The notes: generated from the letters alone by a model not told the origin. A stretch of 64,000 nt of DNA from Octopus vulgaris (GCA_951406725.2 OX597830.1:19592001-19656000), one strand, 5' to 3'. Positions 1 to 12,399 are shown, counted from the first letter of the stretch. Translations and numbers: made by a program.

Positions 1-150
1 TACACCCTGAGTTCAAATTCCGCCGAGGTCGACTTTGTTTTTCATCCTTTCGGGGTCAATAAAATAAGTACCAGTTGAGCACTGGGGGTAGATTTAATCG
101 ACTAAGCGTCTTACCCGAATTGGCTGGCCTTGTACCAAAATTTCAAATCA
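1..150 (+). mobile_element. tRNA-derived SINE family B (Meta/MESC-like core), 3' part
   Basis: GAGTTCAAATTCC B-box-like motif followed by gaggtcgactttg..tcatcctttcggggtc..aaataagtaccag, repeated more than 10 times in the window. Confidence 0.75.
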
Positions 151-526
151 ATATTCTTAAATACTTTAATATTGTATTATGAACACACAGTCTTGGCAAA
201 ACAAATCGACGAGGAACTATAATTATAAAAAAATAAAGCGATTAACACAGTTATTAACTAATGCAGTTAATAAAAATAATACTTTAATTAATAAGAGCCA
301 TTTCACAAACTTTATAGCATTATTTATTACGTTATTGATCGATTATTGATTAGTTACATCATAGAACAGCTGCTACAAACGATATCCTTAGAATTACATG
401 TCCTGAACAATCTGTTCAAGTAATCATTTTGACGGACGCCTTAATATTCCTAGAGTTCTTCATAAATTCAATGGAAAATTTCAATAATGTTTCAAATTGA
501 CTTTGAATACAAAATATTCAACAATT

Positions 527-705
527 AGTGGCTGTGTGGTAAGTAGCTTGCTTACCAATCACATGGTTCCGGGTTCAGTCCCACTGCGTGGCACCTTGGG
601 CAGGTGTCTTCTACTATAGCCTCGGGCCGACCAAAGCCTTGTGAGTGGATTTGGTAGCCGGAAACTGAAAGAAGCCCGTGGTATATATGTATATATATAT
701 ATGTA

Positions 706-754
<49 letters not shown>

Positions 755-976
755 ATTTGTGTGTCTGTGTTTGTCCCCCCAACATCGCTTGACAACCGAT
801 GCTGGTGTGTTTACGTCCCCGTAACTTAGCGGTTCGGCAAAAGAGACCGATAGAATAAGTACTAGGCTTACAAAGAATAAGTCCTGGGGTCAAGTTGCTC
901 GTCTAAAGGCGGTGCTCCAGCATGGCCGCAGTCAAGTGACTGAAACAAGTAAAAGAGTAAAAGAGAGTAAAGAGTA
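527..976 (+). mobile_element. SINE family A (tRNA-like head, internal (TA)/(TG)n, AAGAGTA tail)
   Basis: agtggctgtgtggtaagtagcttgc...ggttcagtcccac head; near-identical copies at 3378, 20043, 22459, 35222, 36221, 46378, 50938, 61318. Confidence 0.85.
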
Positions 977-1044
977 ACTAACATAATATAACGACATGAG
1001 TTCAAATCCCAGCGGGGTCGCCTTTGCCTTCTATCCATGTAAGG

Positions 1045-1445
1045 CTAAACGCTTAGCGGCATTTCGTCTATCTTTACGATCTGAGTTCGAATTCTGTTGA
1101 GGTTGACTTTGCTTTTCATCCTTTCGGGGTCGATAAAATAAGTACCAGTTGAGCACTGGGATCGATCTAATCGTCTTACTCCCTTCCTCTGAACATGCTG
1201 GCCATGTGCCAAAATTTGAAATCAGTGTAACGAAATTCCCAAGTATTTCTGAATGGTGTGTTCACATGTATTTCTGAATGGTGTGTTTACATCCCAGTAA
1301 CTTAGCGGTTCGGCAAAAGACACCGATAGAATAAGTACTAGGCTTACAAAGAATAAGTCCTGGGGGTCGATTTGCTCGACTAAAGGCGGTGCTCCCGCAT
1401 GGCCACAGTCAAATGACTGAAACAAGTAAAAGAGAGTAAAGAGAT
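1045..1445 (+). mobile_element. SINE B copy followed by 3' half of SINE A
   Basis: Similarity to other in-window copies. Confidence 0.7.
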
Positions 1446-2223
1446 TGAACCCATGATTGAAACACTGACGGGTAGTCACCGTTGCCTGTACCGTTTGGCA
1501 ACATTTGTCTCTAGTGCCTTCGTCAGTAGTAGTGTAGCAGGTGTCTATTAATAAATATATTTTAGCGTTAACATGCTATCTTAAAGAAATGGGGATATAC
1601 TTTTTTTTTTCTTTTGCCAATGCATCCCACTTCATACGATAAGTTGTGAAATGTGAGATACTAAACCGCCATTTCTGGCATACCGGTTGACCATGTAGAG
1701 GCTCTGTGGAATAATAAATACGAATTGGAAGTTGTTAGCAGTAGTTACTCAGCAAGAGGGGCATGTCTAAAAAACTTTGAATTTTTAAATAAAATACGAT
1801 TGTTCTAAAACTATATCCATTTATACAATGAGCAAGCAGGTGCTGTACGATAAAATACTTTTTATGGTTAATGGATTCATTTTCAAATTGGATAAGAGAT
1901 ATATAATATGATAGACATTTTGTCTGTGCAATTTTGAAATTCGAGTTGATAAACTTGATTTAACGAAGCATAAAATATAGTATCGTAATAAGCTCAATTC
2001 TGCGACAAACGAAGCAGGGTTGTGTTTTTTCTTCTTTTTTATTAATACTAAAATAATAAAACCAGAACAATAGTTAGCAGCGTTTATAGCTTTTCATGCA
2101 AGTATTTTGTAGTGTCAATCATTTAAGAAGATTTAACGAAGGAATTTCTTTACCATCAACTGCAGCTGACTTGAAACAGCTGCACAGAACACAATATTTG
2201 TCACTTTGGCTTGGTTTAGATGG

Positions 2224-2526
2224 TTTCTTCCTTCTCGAGCCACGCCTGGCTCATTAGGGCTGGTTTCCCGGTTTCCTTGGCGTATAGGTTCCCCACCTGG
2301 ACGGGACGCCGGTCCGTCGCAGGTGAACCGCAAGATGCAGGAGGAAAGAGTGAGAGAAAGTTGTGGTGAAAGAGTCAGCAGAAGTTTGCCATTACCTTCT
2401 GCCGGAGCCGCGTGGAGCTAAGGTGTTTCGCTCAAAATCACACACACATCGCCCGGTCTGAGATTCGAACCCGCGATTCCTCAACCACGAGCCCGCTGCT
2501 CTAACCACTAGGCCATGTGCTTCCAC
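2224..2526 (-). mobile_element. tRNA-derived SINE family C variant
   Basis: Reverse complement begins tggaagcacatggcctagtggttagagcagcgg (A box) with ggttcgaatc (B box); second copy at 39356-39657 (+). Confidence 0.75.
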
Positions 2527-3377
2527 TCTTGGTTTAGATTGGATTGACTTCGTTCAGTCCACTACAGAGCGAAGGCCACAGCATGATCTCTCCACCAACC
2601 ACGGTCTGATGTGCAGGCCGTGAATTTGAACTTGAGATCATACTAGTTTGATGAGCCTACTCTATCATACTGGCTCGACATGGTGAGGCACTTATAAAAA
2701 TATTAATTCTCTACGTTTACTGAAGTGGAGTTACATGGCCTAGTGGTTAGAGCAGCTGACTCCCTGTCGAGGGATCGCAGGCTCGAACAAACGTGTTGAG
2801 TAAACTTGAAATAATTAATTTTGCTGTTCCATAAAAGAAAAATGGCAAATAACTAGCATTTTTGATGAGCACAGTTTTGCTTTGTCTGTGCTTAGAAGAA
2901 TTTTGCTTTCTTAGTATTAGTATCTTAAAACGAATTCAGACATTGAATCACAGTATCCATGAAGCCACAATATCCATGATTTAGATTCGAGCTTTCTAAC
3001 CTTTTGACGAGTAAAATTTTATCAAAATTAATTTCCCATAAATAAGCGATGTACAGAAGTGGTGCCTGAGCTTTAGGGACGGATATATTAACCATCTACC
3101 TATAAATATTGAATGTCGTTTTTCCGTGAGTTTGTCAAACTCATCTTTTGCAGTTTTTCCTTTAGCTTTAGTTGATCCATCTAAAACAGGGGGGGGGCAG
3201 AAACGCAAACAGAACAGAATGTCCAAATCCCGGTGAGCATTCTACAGTCTAACAAAGGTATAGAAAAGCAAAGGTGTAGACCACAAAACGAAGCTGAAAC
3301 TATTCAAGACATTGGTCTGTCCAGTAAGATGTGAAAATTGGAAAGTGACAAAAATGGAATTTTTAAAAAAATGGACA

Positions 3378-3540
3378 AGGCGCAGGAGTGGCTGTGTGGT
3401 AAGTAGCTTGCTTACCAACCACATGGTTCCGGGTTCAGTCCCACTGCGTGGCATCTTGGGCAAGTGTCTTCTACTATAGCCTCGGGCCAACCAAAGCCTT
3501 GTGAGTGGATTTGATAGACGAAACTGAAAGAAGCCCGTTG

Positions 3541-3574
<34 letters not shown>

Positions 3575-3797
3575 TGTTTGTGTGTCTGTGTTTGTCCCTC
3601 CTCCCCAACATCACTTTACAACCGATGCTGGTGTGTTTACGTCGCCGTCACTTAGCGGTTCGGCAAAAGAGACCGATAGAATACGTTCTGGGCTTACAAA
3701 GAATAAGTCCCGGGGTCGATTTGCTCGACTAAAGGCGGTGCTCCAGCATGGCCGCAGTCAAATGACTGAAACAAGTAAAAGAGTAAAGAGAGAGTAA
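3378..3797 (+). mobile_element. SINE family A, full length
   Basis: aggcgcaggagtggctgtgtgg head to aagagtaaagag tail. Confidence 0.85.
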
Positions 3798-3809
3798 CTT
3801 CCAATTCAG

Positions 3810-4090
3810 ATGATTGAGGAGAATACTTAACATCAAGTGACTACAAAGAATCTGAAACGACACAATTGAGACAAGAACGGACATCAGCAGGATCAGTGGG
3901 AATTGGACCGGACGCGTCCTCAGACAAGATCGAGAAAGCGATTGTATGGTGGCACTAAAATGGAAGCCTGAGGAGAAAATAGCAGTAAGGCGTCCTAATG
4001 CCACATGGTGAAGGACCGTTAAACAGTGTCAGGAAACAGAGCTGGTTTGAGGAATCGTGTTGCTGCCTTATGTGCCTTATGATACGGAAT
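3810..4090 (+). mobile_element. Degenerate RTE-like LINE 3' fragment
   Basis: Translates WNWTGRVLRQDRESDCMVALKWKPEEKIAVRRPNATW, resembling the WxGHxLR...W.P.G.R..GRP..TW C-terminus of RTE ORFs. Confidence 0.55.
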
Positions 4091-4738
4091 GAACAAAATG
4101 CTAACACTATTGGCAAAGTATATTTCCTGAAAAAAATTCCGATTGATGGGTTAGAATTTTAATATAAAGCAGCAACACTTCAAACTGAAATTGGAAAACC
4201 AGGATGGCTAGATTTGTCAGATCTGTCTGCCACGAAGCAATGCCATCGTTGAAAGAGTGTTTTCAAGAATAACCACACCAAAACTAAGATCTACTTCGAT
4301 CTACTTTCATCAGTTTAAGACTTGAACAATGAAATTTGAAAAGCAGCATTTGCTGTAAAGGTTTAATCCCTAGCAAGGCTATGCTTGGATTAGCACTGAA
4401 ACACCCACGAAAAAAATCTCAAAAGAAATGTATGAAGAGCAGAAGGAAATAAGATATTGGGTGTAAGATTAATGTCAATCTGGTTGAAAGAGATCACAAA
4501 TAACGGAGCTTGCACTTGGCCGTTTCACTTGTTTTGAGATGTCAGCCAAATCGCTCGGTTTAAATTAAAAGTTTTAAAGGTACGAAACACTTAATGAATA
4601 CGGAGATGTACTTGCATAGCAAGTGATTTGATCTGAGATCGTGTGCTGGAACGAAAACAATTGCAGCGTGGAAGGTGTTTGTAAGCCATTTAAGAAACAC
4701 ACAAAAGCCGTTCGATTCACTCCAACATTTAAGTTTCA

Positions 4739-4789
4739 TTTGTCAAAATATTTTCGTCGCTTTAAGACCGCGACCTGTTCACTGACAAA
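4739..4789 (-). ncRNA. Minimal type-I hammerhead ribozyme-like motif, G3-C8 core variant
   Basis: Minus strand UUUGUCA-GUGAACA-G-GUCGC(ggucuuaaa)GCGAC-GAA-AAUAUU-U-UGACAAA: 7-bp stem I, 5-bp stem II, palindromic stem III. Confidence 0.6.
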
Positions 4790-5009
4790 AATCCGTGCTG
4801 AATAGCATATCAAATAATTTACTAAGTAAAGGATGAAAGGCAAAGTCGACCTCGGTGGAATTTGAACTCAGAACGTAGCGGCAGACGAAATGCCGCTAAG
4901 CATTTCGCCCGGCATGCTAACGTTTCTGCCAGCTCGCCGCCTTCTTAGAAAATTATGCAGGAGCACATACTGGACAAGTCACTCAGGAAAAAATTACAGC
5001 CCTTAATAA

Positions 5010-5215
5010 TGAAATTTTGCCTTATTCTCTTTATTCTCCTGACCTTGCTCCTTCTGACTATCATCTTTGCAACATTATTCAAAGAGAAAATAGTTTATTA
5101 ATCACGAAGAGGTTAAAAATAATAATGATTGTTATTTTCCTCTGAAACTTGAAGAATGTTTTCCCGAGGAACCAACAATTTTGCCAAATAGATAGAATTA
5201 CTTTAATAATGAGGA
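5010..5215 (+). mobile_element. Tc1/mariner transposase remnant
   Basis: Encodes ILPYSLYSPDLAPSDYHL, the mariner YSPDLAPxDY signature. Confidence 0.75.
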
Positions 5216-5290
5216 GAAATATCAGTTAAAGAAGTATTTGTTTCTCTCTCATTTTGAAATAAAATGCGAAAGAACTTTCTTTCCAACCCG

Positions 5291-5331
<41 letters not shown>

Positions 5332-5396
5332 TGGATAGAAAGTTCTGGTCCTCTAATGCCCGTCTGTTGATAATAATTGCTTTTCTGGTACCCACA

Positions 5397-5440
<44 letters not shown>

Positions 5441-5871
5441 TATGCATATATACATATATGTCCATACCTGCATATATATGTATATATACATGCATATATG
5501 GGTACAGGACATAAAAAAAACGTTGAACACAATGAGAAACGAAAACATAAAAACAAAAACATGGAAACGAACTTTTTTTGAAACAACGAAAAAAACAGAG
5601 AAACGAGACATACGACATAAAGAATATTCCTCTTCTTCAGTTGTCCCTGTTTCATCTACTCCGCGTTACGAAGGTAAGGACCAGACGCGACTTAATTGAA
5701 ACAGTCCTTCTCGCAAAGCAAATTAAATAAAATTTGGGATTTTTTGCGGAGGGTGAAAGCGGTAACAAGAACAGGACAGTGTGAACAAAACAGTAAAAAT
5801 AATAAAAGAAGTAAAAACAGTAAAAGACAGAACAATGAGAACAAAACAGTAAAAACAAACGATGAGGGTTG

Positions 5872-6315
5872 GGATCTTTTCGGTTTGAACGGCAGTTTTT
5901 TAAAATAATTTCCACGTAACTAAACACTTTTAAACTTCGTATACTGGTAGAATGTGTTTATAAAACATCTTTTTCTCTTGGCTTTATTGAGAAAATTCTA
6001 TAGTTTGTAAGATATTTGTTGTTGTTTTTCTTCAATTTCTGCAATTTCAACCAATTAATGACGTCTATTGAGGTGAAAACATTCTGTGCCGTATGAATAT
6101 GTCCCTCGTTTAAGAAACAGATTGGGTTTATCTACATTTCTGAAAAAAATATATACCCTTCCCCCCACTTCTAACCCTAACTCTAACCCTAACCCTAACT
6201 AACCCTAACCCTAAAACAGATTGAAATGCAATAGATCGATACTAGGGTCATAATTATGGGTGACATTTTCATATGACACCGCTAGAAAAAACTGCCGTTC
6301 AAACCGAAAAGATCC
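5872..6315 (+). mobile_element. MITE copy 1 (GGATC TIRs, telomeric repeats)
   Basis: TIR ggatcttttcggtttgaacggcagttttt / aaaaactgccgttcaaaccgaaaagatcc; 8-bp TSD gagggttg; internal (CCCTAA)n. Confidence 0.92.
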
Positions 6316-7101
6316 GAGGGTTGTTAAGTCAAGATGATGGAAAAATTATTCTGAACGTTTAAGGAGACGAGCTTATGAAGAGACAGGATAAGCCGGTTTA
6401 GTCTTTGTGAAGGTAGTAGTCGAAAAGATGGATTCCCTCTCATCACGTGTCAGCGACGAGAGAGTCGAGGAGGAGGAGTGAGAGAGAGAGAGTGAACGGT
6501 GAAGGGGTTGTTTTAGCCCCAGAAAAACATCTGTTCTAGGTTTTTGGATGCTGTCCGTCCTCAGTGTGAGATAACCACAAGCTAGTGACGAAAGCTCTCT
6601 CCACTTGCGAATACTATATATATATATTTTTTAAGTGACACACAGTTGCTGATTTCGTATAGAGAAACACAATACATTTATAATACACGATGGCTTTATC
6701 ACAGTCTCCGTCTACTAAATTCCCGAACAAAGCGAGTGCTGAAGCATACATCAATCTGAGCCAGATATAATTGGTTGAATTCTTTGCTCGGGAGCCTACA
6801 TAAAGACATAAAGAAATACTCATCGTAGCTACTACCGCGACAAGATAAATTGTGAAAAAGAAATTGTTAAATCGGAAGCCAGATTATAATTGTAACATAA
6901 TACCTATTAATCGCCATGTCTATTATTAGGTAGTTTTCTTTTTCTTTAACCTTTGTTTGCATATTATTCTGGTTTGTTTACATTAAACTGCTTTGTTTTC
7001 AGATAGTCACGGTCTCATGAATGAAAACTCGGTCGGTGATGATTGCTCGAAAATAAAAGTAAAATAAGATTAATGATTTATTTATCGTATTGTTTTTATA
7101 T

Positions 7102-7890
7102 GTGGAGGCGCATGGCTTAGTGGTTAGGGTGTCAGCATCATGATCGTAAGATTGTGGTTTCGATTCCTGGACCGGGCGACTGTTGTGTTCATTTCACGTT
7201 GCTCCAGTCCACTCAGCTGACAAAAAAAGAGTAACGCTGCGATGGACTGGCGTCCCGTCCAGCTGGGGAACACATACGCCACTAAAACCAGGAAACCGGG
7301 CCCATGAGCCTGGCTAGGTTTTAAAAGGGCGCAGTGGAGGCGCTTGGCTTAGTAGTTAGGGTGTCAGCATCATGATCGTAAGATTGTTGTTTCGATTCCT
7401 GGACCGAAGACCGTTGTGTTCTTGAGCAAAGCACTTCATTTCACGTTGCTCCGGTCCATGATCATGATGCTGGCACCCTAACCACTAAACCACGCGCCTC
7501 CACTGCGCCCTCTTAAAGCCTAGCCAGGCTCATGGGCCCGGTTTCCCAGTTTCAGTGGCGCATGTGTTCCCCAGCTGGACAGGACGCCAGTCCACCGCAG
7601 CGTTACTCTTTTTTGGCCAGCTGAGTGGACCGGAGCAACGTGAAATGAACACAACGGTCTTCGGTCCAGGAATCGAAACCACAATCTTACGATCATGATG
7701 CTGACACCCTAACCACTAAACCACGCGCCTCCACTGCTGGCAAAAATGAGTAACGCTGCTATGGACTGGCGTAACTAACGAGTAACTAACGCTGCTATGG
7801 ACTGGCGTCCCGTCCAGCTGGGGAACACATACGCCATTGAAACCGGGAAACCGACCCCATGAGCCTGGCTAGGCTTTAAAAGGGCGCATT
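7102..7890. mobile_element. Rearranged cluster of SINE C copies forming a fold-back
   Basis: + copy 7102-7333, + head 7334-7459, - head and full - copy 7460-7735, + tail 7736-7890. Confidence 0.8.
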
Positions 7891-8807
7891 TATTTTTTTA
7901 TTCTTATTTATTCTTTTATATAACAATTTATCAAACAATCGCACTTCACTCTTATGAGCGCAAAGTTAGAAATAGAATGTCAGTCCATAATAATTCATGG
8001 CATTCTTTCGATATAACTCGACAAAATCAAAACATTTCTCTTCGGGTATTTCCGTGGAAGCAAATGGCAGTTCGATTCTGTTTTCTGCTTGGAAATTTGC
8101 GGATTTTACATACACACATGAAATATGTAAGAACAAATATACAAGGCTTTTTTTCCTTCAAGTTTAAAATGAGACATGGCTGGCATAATTTCGCTATATC
8201 TATACTCCACAAACCACGGAAATACCCGAAGAAAGAACGCTAATCTGTCTACTAGTTATGTGGTTTTGATGACACAGAAGTTGAACTTCTTTACATAAGT
8301 CGCTACTTCAGCCGTCTCAGCGACGCTGATAAATTGGTCTAATTAGGTATTTATCTGATGGTAACTTTCATCGCATTCAAATTTGTCAAGCTTATCAACA
8401 AATTGACACCTCAAGCGATACGTTTAGACAACCTTATAATATATTAGCATATATTCTCAGACATGCAACAGAGGAGAAATATTAAAACGTTTTCTAAACG
8501 TGCTTAAATATCACAAAGACTGTCAAAACGACGATGTCACTGTCATGCTTTATGAAGAAGAGTTAGTACGTGGTTCCTTTGTTTTTTATCTTCGGAATTT
8601 ATTGATAACGAAATTCGTACAGAATTAATCGTAATGATAGATCTTGGCCTAAGGTTATTACTTCAAAAGTTCTGCTCCTCTAACGTGCGTCTCTGATGAT
8701 AATTTATTTTCTGGTGACAACTCTCTTCCAGTTATCAGCTCTATGAAAAACGAAATTTCGATAGACAGGGATTTAAATGAATTTCCTTTGAGACCTTTAG
8801 AAAAGAA

Positions 8808-8831
8808 ACAACAACAACAACAACAACAACA

Positions 8832-8920
<89 letters not shown>

Positions 8921-8925
8921 TGATG
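8808..8925. repeat. Compound (CAA)n(CTA)n(ATA)n microsatellite
   Basis: Read directly from sequence. Confidence 0.95.
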
Positions 8926-9381
8926 GGGCTACAGCAAATATTCTGCTCAATACCACAGATTTGCTTGTCAGTTGTTTGACCTTAACCAGTTGAGCATGTC
9001 CCTTAGTGGCTGACGATATGTGCATCTCTGATCACAAGCAGAGGTAGTGGCGGAACATCATAGCCATGTGTTGAAAGGAATTCTTAGAGGTTTGGATAAT
9101 TCACCCCTGGAAACATGGGTGGTTCGTTCAAAATCCTTAAACAATCCTTATTCAGGGATCTTTTGAGCTGGATGGGCTACTCGACCAGAAGAAAATTCTA
9201 ACTGGGCCCCACCTGCAAGGTCATGCGCTGTTTATCTTGATATGAGATCACCATGTTGTGCACATATGGTTGTGATGCATGTGCCTGGTGTACCCTTATC
9301 AGACGGGTAGTCATGATGGGTATACTGGCTTCGTATGTTTTACTCCGTGTCACTTTGATGGCATGCACTGCTCTCTCACTC
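8925..9381. mobile_element. Interspersed repeat inserted in (AAT)n; second copy at 41730-41962
   Basis: Shared sequence attcaggga..ttttgagc..ctactcgaccagaagaaaattc...ctctcactc-(aat)n. Confidence 0.7.
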
Positions 9382-9391
9382 AATAATAATG

Positions 9392-9441
<50 letters not shown>

Positions 9442-9476
9442 TAATAATAGTAGTAGTAGTAGTAGTAGTAGTAGTA

Positions 9477-10097
9477 TAGATAAAACTGTACTCAGAGACT
9501 GCAAGAGGAAGAAAAGTAACTTAGCCATGTCATGGATCGACTATCGTAAGGCGTACGATATGATCCCACATTCTTGGAGTATGGCGTGTATGAACCTGTT
9601 TCGGATTGCATCGAATGTTGAACGATTGCTTGGAAGAAGTATGGCGAATTAGAGGACGGACCTGACAGCATACGGAAGAAGTTTAGGGACAGTAGAAATT
9701 AGGAGGGGCATCTTCCAAGGAGACTACCTGTCCCCACCGATCTTTGTACTGTGCTTGATACCACTGACACTGATTCTGAGGAAAGCAAAAGCTGGGTAAG
9801 TATTCAAAAGCCGCCAACAAAAAGTCAACCATTTGTTATTCATGAATGACCTCAAACCTTATGGTAAAGATGAAGCCCAAGTCAGTTCCCTCGTTGATAC
9901 GGTGTATACCTTCAGTGCTGATATCAGAATGGAGTTCGGACTGAGAAAGTGTGGTGCATTAGTATTAAAAAGAGGCAAAATTAAATGTATGGACGGACTA
10001 ACGATACCGTCGGGGGAGATTATGAAGCAGATAGAAGAGACGGGCTATAAGTACTTGAGGATTTAGGAAATAGATAAATTAATGGAGAAAGAAATGA
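9477..10097 (+). mobile_element. R4/Dong-like non-LTR retrotransposon RT fragment (pseudogenised)
   Basis: NLAMSWIDYRKAYDMIPHSW, RRGIFQGDYLSP, HLLFMNDLK, IRMEFGLRKC, YKYL motifs with stops; adjacent to (AAT)n, the known Dong-type target. Confidence 0.8.
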
Positions 10098-10533
10098 CAT
10101 TCAGACTTATAGGGACACTGTCTTTTGTTATGGAAACGGAATCTACTACAAAATATATTAAACATTTTATAAGCCAATGCTTTGCAGTACGCTATGGTTG
10201 CATAACGAAATATGGTGTCCCTACAAGTCATCAATATGTAAAATTGGAATAGCCACTGCTATATTTAGTGGCTATTTAAGCAATGATTTCGTAGATGGTT
10301 AATGAGTTGGATGTGGTGCAATGAGCTGGATAAAGGAGCAAGAACTCCTGAAATATGGCATATATACCTATTATCCATTTCCCATCTTCGATCTCATTGT
10401 TGTTTGCATTAGGCATACACAGATACGAAACGTAGTAACAAGTTTGTGCTGGCTATAATTTCGATAGAAAATCTGTAGAGGTTAACCTTAACAAGTGAAA
10501 CATATTTACATATTCAAAAACACACGAAAACTG

Positions 10534-10961
10534 GGATCTTTTCGATTTGAACGGCAGTTTTTTCTAGCGGTGTCATATGACATTGTCACCCATAATTATG
10601 ACCCTAGAATCGATCTATTGCATTTCAGTCTGTTTTAGGGTTAGGGTTAGGGTTAGGGTTAGGGGTGGGGGAAGGGTATCTCTTTTTCTTCACAAATGTA
10701 AATAAACCCAATCTGTTTCTTGAATGAGGGATATATTCATACGACACAGAATGTTTTTTACCTCAATAGACGTCAGTGATTGGTTGACATTGCAGAAATT
10801 GAAGAAAAAAAACAACAAATATCTTACAAACTATAGAATTTTCTCAATAAAGCAAAGAGAAAAAGATGTTTTATAAACACATTCTACTAGTATACGAAGT
10901 TTAACATTTTTTAGTTACCTAGAAATTATGTTAAAAACTGCCGTTCAAACCGAAAAGATCC
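10534..10961 (-). mobile_element. MITE copy 2
   Basis: Same TIRs, TSD gaaaactg, (TTAGGG)5 at 10635-10664. Confidence 0.92.
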
Positions 10962-11926
10962 GAAAACTGTCCACTTCGTTTGAATATTTATTATTTGGTG
11001 TCAAAGTTTTCGTCGTACCATCTGTGTCCTAATTATTGACGCTGTTCGACCAGTTGAGGAAAATTTTGACAGCAAATAATAAATGATCAAGTGAAGTTAA
11101 CAGTCTTTTGTGTATTTTTGAATAGCTAATATGTGTTTTCCAACTTTAAATGAAGTTATTCGTGAAGTAAACGTTTATGATAATTTTTTCATGAGAATCT
11201 ATATTGAAAGAATACGGTGTTCGTTCTTCTATCAAGTAAGGTTGAGAAAGCGTTTTTTTTTTAAACCGAAACTTCTGATGGCAGTTAATGATGACCAACT
11301 ACCAGAAACTTTCATGACAGAGATTGTTGAATCAGTTATTTTTAGAAAAAGGTTGTATGTCAAGATGTTCAAAAGTGTTTTTCGACTTGAATGTTCTTAA
11401 TGGAAATCTCACGACCAGGAGTGAGTACTGTCTTTTAAATCAGGCATTTGCAGTGACGCCATTTAGGAAATCCTCAGCGTGCATGTGCAGAGTTGGAGTC
11501 TTCCAGGAGGCCTGCCGGAAGCTCCCTAATGCGCATGCGCAGAGAACTAGCAGCAGCAGCAAAACTTCCCGCGCATCGATCTCTCTCGAAGGCTGACAGC
11601 GAACAGAACGGACGTGTTTTGCCTGCTCTCCCAAGCTGCCACCACGTGGCGATGCTACACTATGCTGGAACGAGACAGGATTTGGCTCGCTCCATTTGAC
11701 TACTGCGACTAGCTCCTAGGCTACCGATTCGCCCTGAAGGAAATATATATATATATTTATTGCGAATCCAGAAAATAAAATATTTATGCTGTTGAAGATA
11801 TTCGGAAGTCTTGGCTTTTCCTTCGATAAATAATTTAAAGTAAGGGATGAGAGCTACACCCCTCCAGTGTTACAGACCTTTCATCCTGTTACACATTAAT
11901 AAAACCAATTCTTATATTCAAATTTC

Positions 11927-12343
11927 GGATCTTTTCGGTTTGTACGGCAGTTTTTTAAAATAATTTCCACGTAACTAAACACTTTTAAACTTCGTATACT
12001 GGTAGAAAGTGTTTATAAAACATCTTTTTCTCTTGGCTTTATTGAGAAAATTCTATAGTTTGTAAGATATTTGTTGTTGTTTTTCTTCAATTTCTGCAAT
12101 TTCAACCAATCAATGACGTCTATTGAGGTGAAAACATTCTGTGCCGTATGAATATGTCCTTCGTTTAAGAAACAGATTGGGTTTATTTACATTTGTGAAG
12201 AAAAAATATACCATTCCCCCACCCCTAACCCTAAAAGAGATTGAAATGCAATAGATCGATGCTAGGGTCATAGGGTCATAATTATGGGTGACAATTTCAT
12301 ATGACACCGCTAGAAAAAACTGCTGTTCAAACCGAAAAGATCC
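11927..12343 (+). mobile_element. MITE copy 3
   Basis: Same TIRs, TSD caaatttc. Confidence 0.92.
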
Positions 12344-12399
12344 CAAATTTCTAATTCAGGCAGCAAAACTTATGTCCACTTTGTCCTGAATATTTGCAA

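Noticed and set aside
925-960. SINE A tail CAGTC-aaRt-GACTGAAACAAGTA resembling a hammerhead 3' half
   Set aside because: No CUGANGA-like core or stem I upstream; better explained as a LINE-recognised 3' stem-loop.
4215-4285. CLPRSNAIVERVFSRI, hAT dimerisation-domain-like peptide
   Set aside because: Too short and isolated to delimit an element; noted only as a possible remnant.
5625-5720. CUGAAGA and GAAAC on the minus strand (also 33545-33620)
   Set aside because: Order and spacing could not be folded into any hammerhead topology.
6168-6215. (CCCTAA)n as evidence of a chromosome end or fusion
   Set aside because: The tracts are internal to a TSD-flanked MITE.
7102-7175. SINE heads as additional tRNA genes
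   Set aside because: A/B boxes are present but there is no complete acceptor stem, and they continue into multi-copy SINE bodies.
11490-11510. GGAAGACTCCAA (minus strand) recalling vertebrate 7SK
   Set aside because: Short match only; no GAUC-repeat 5' stem or matching Pol III terminator arrangement was found.
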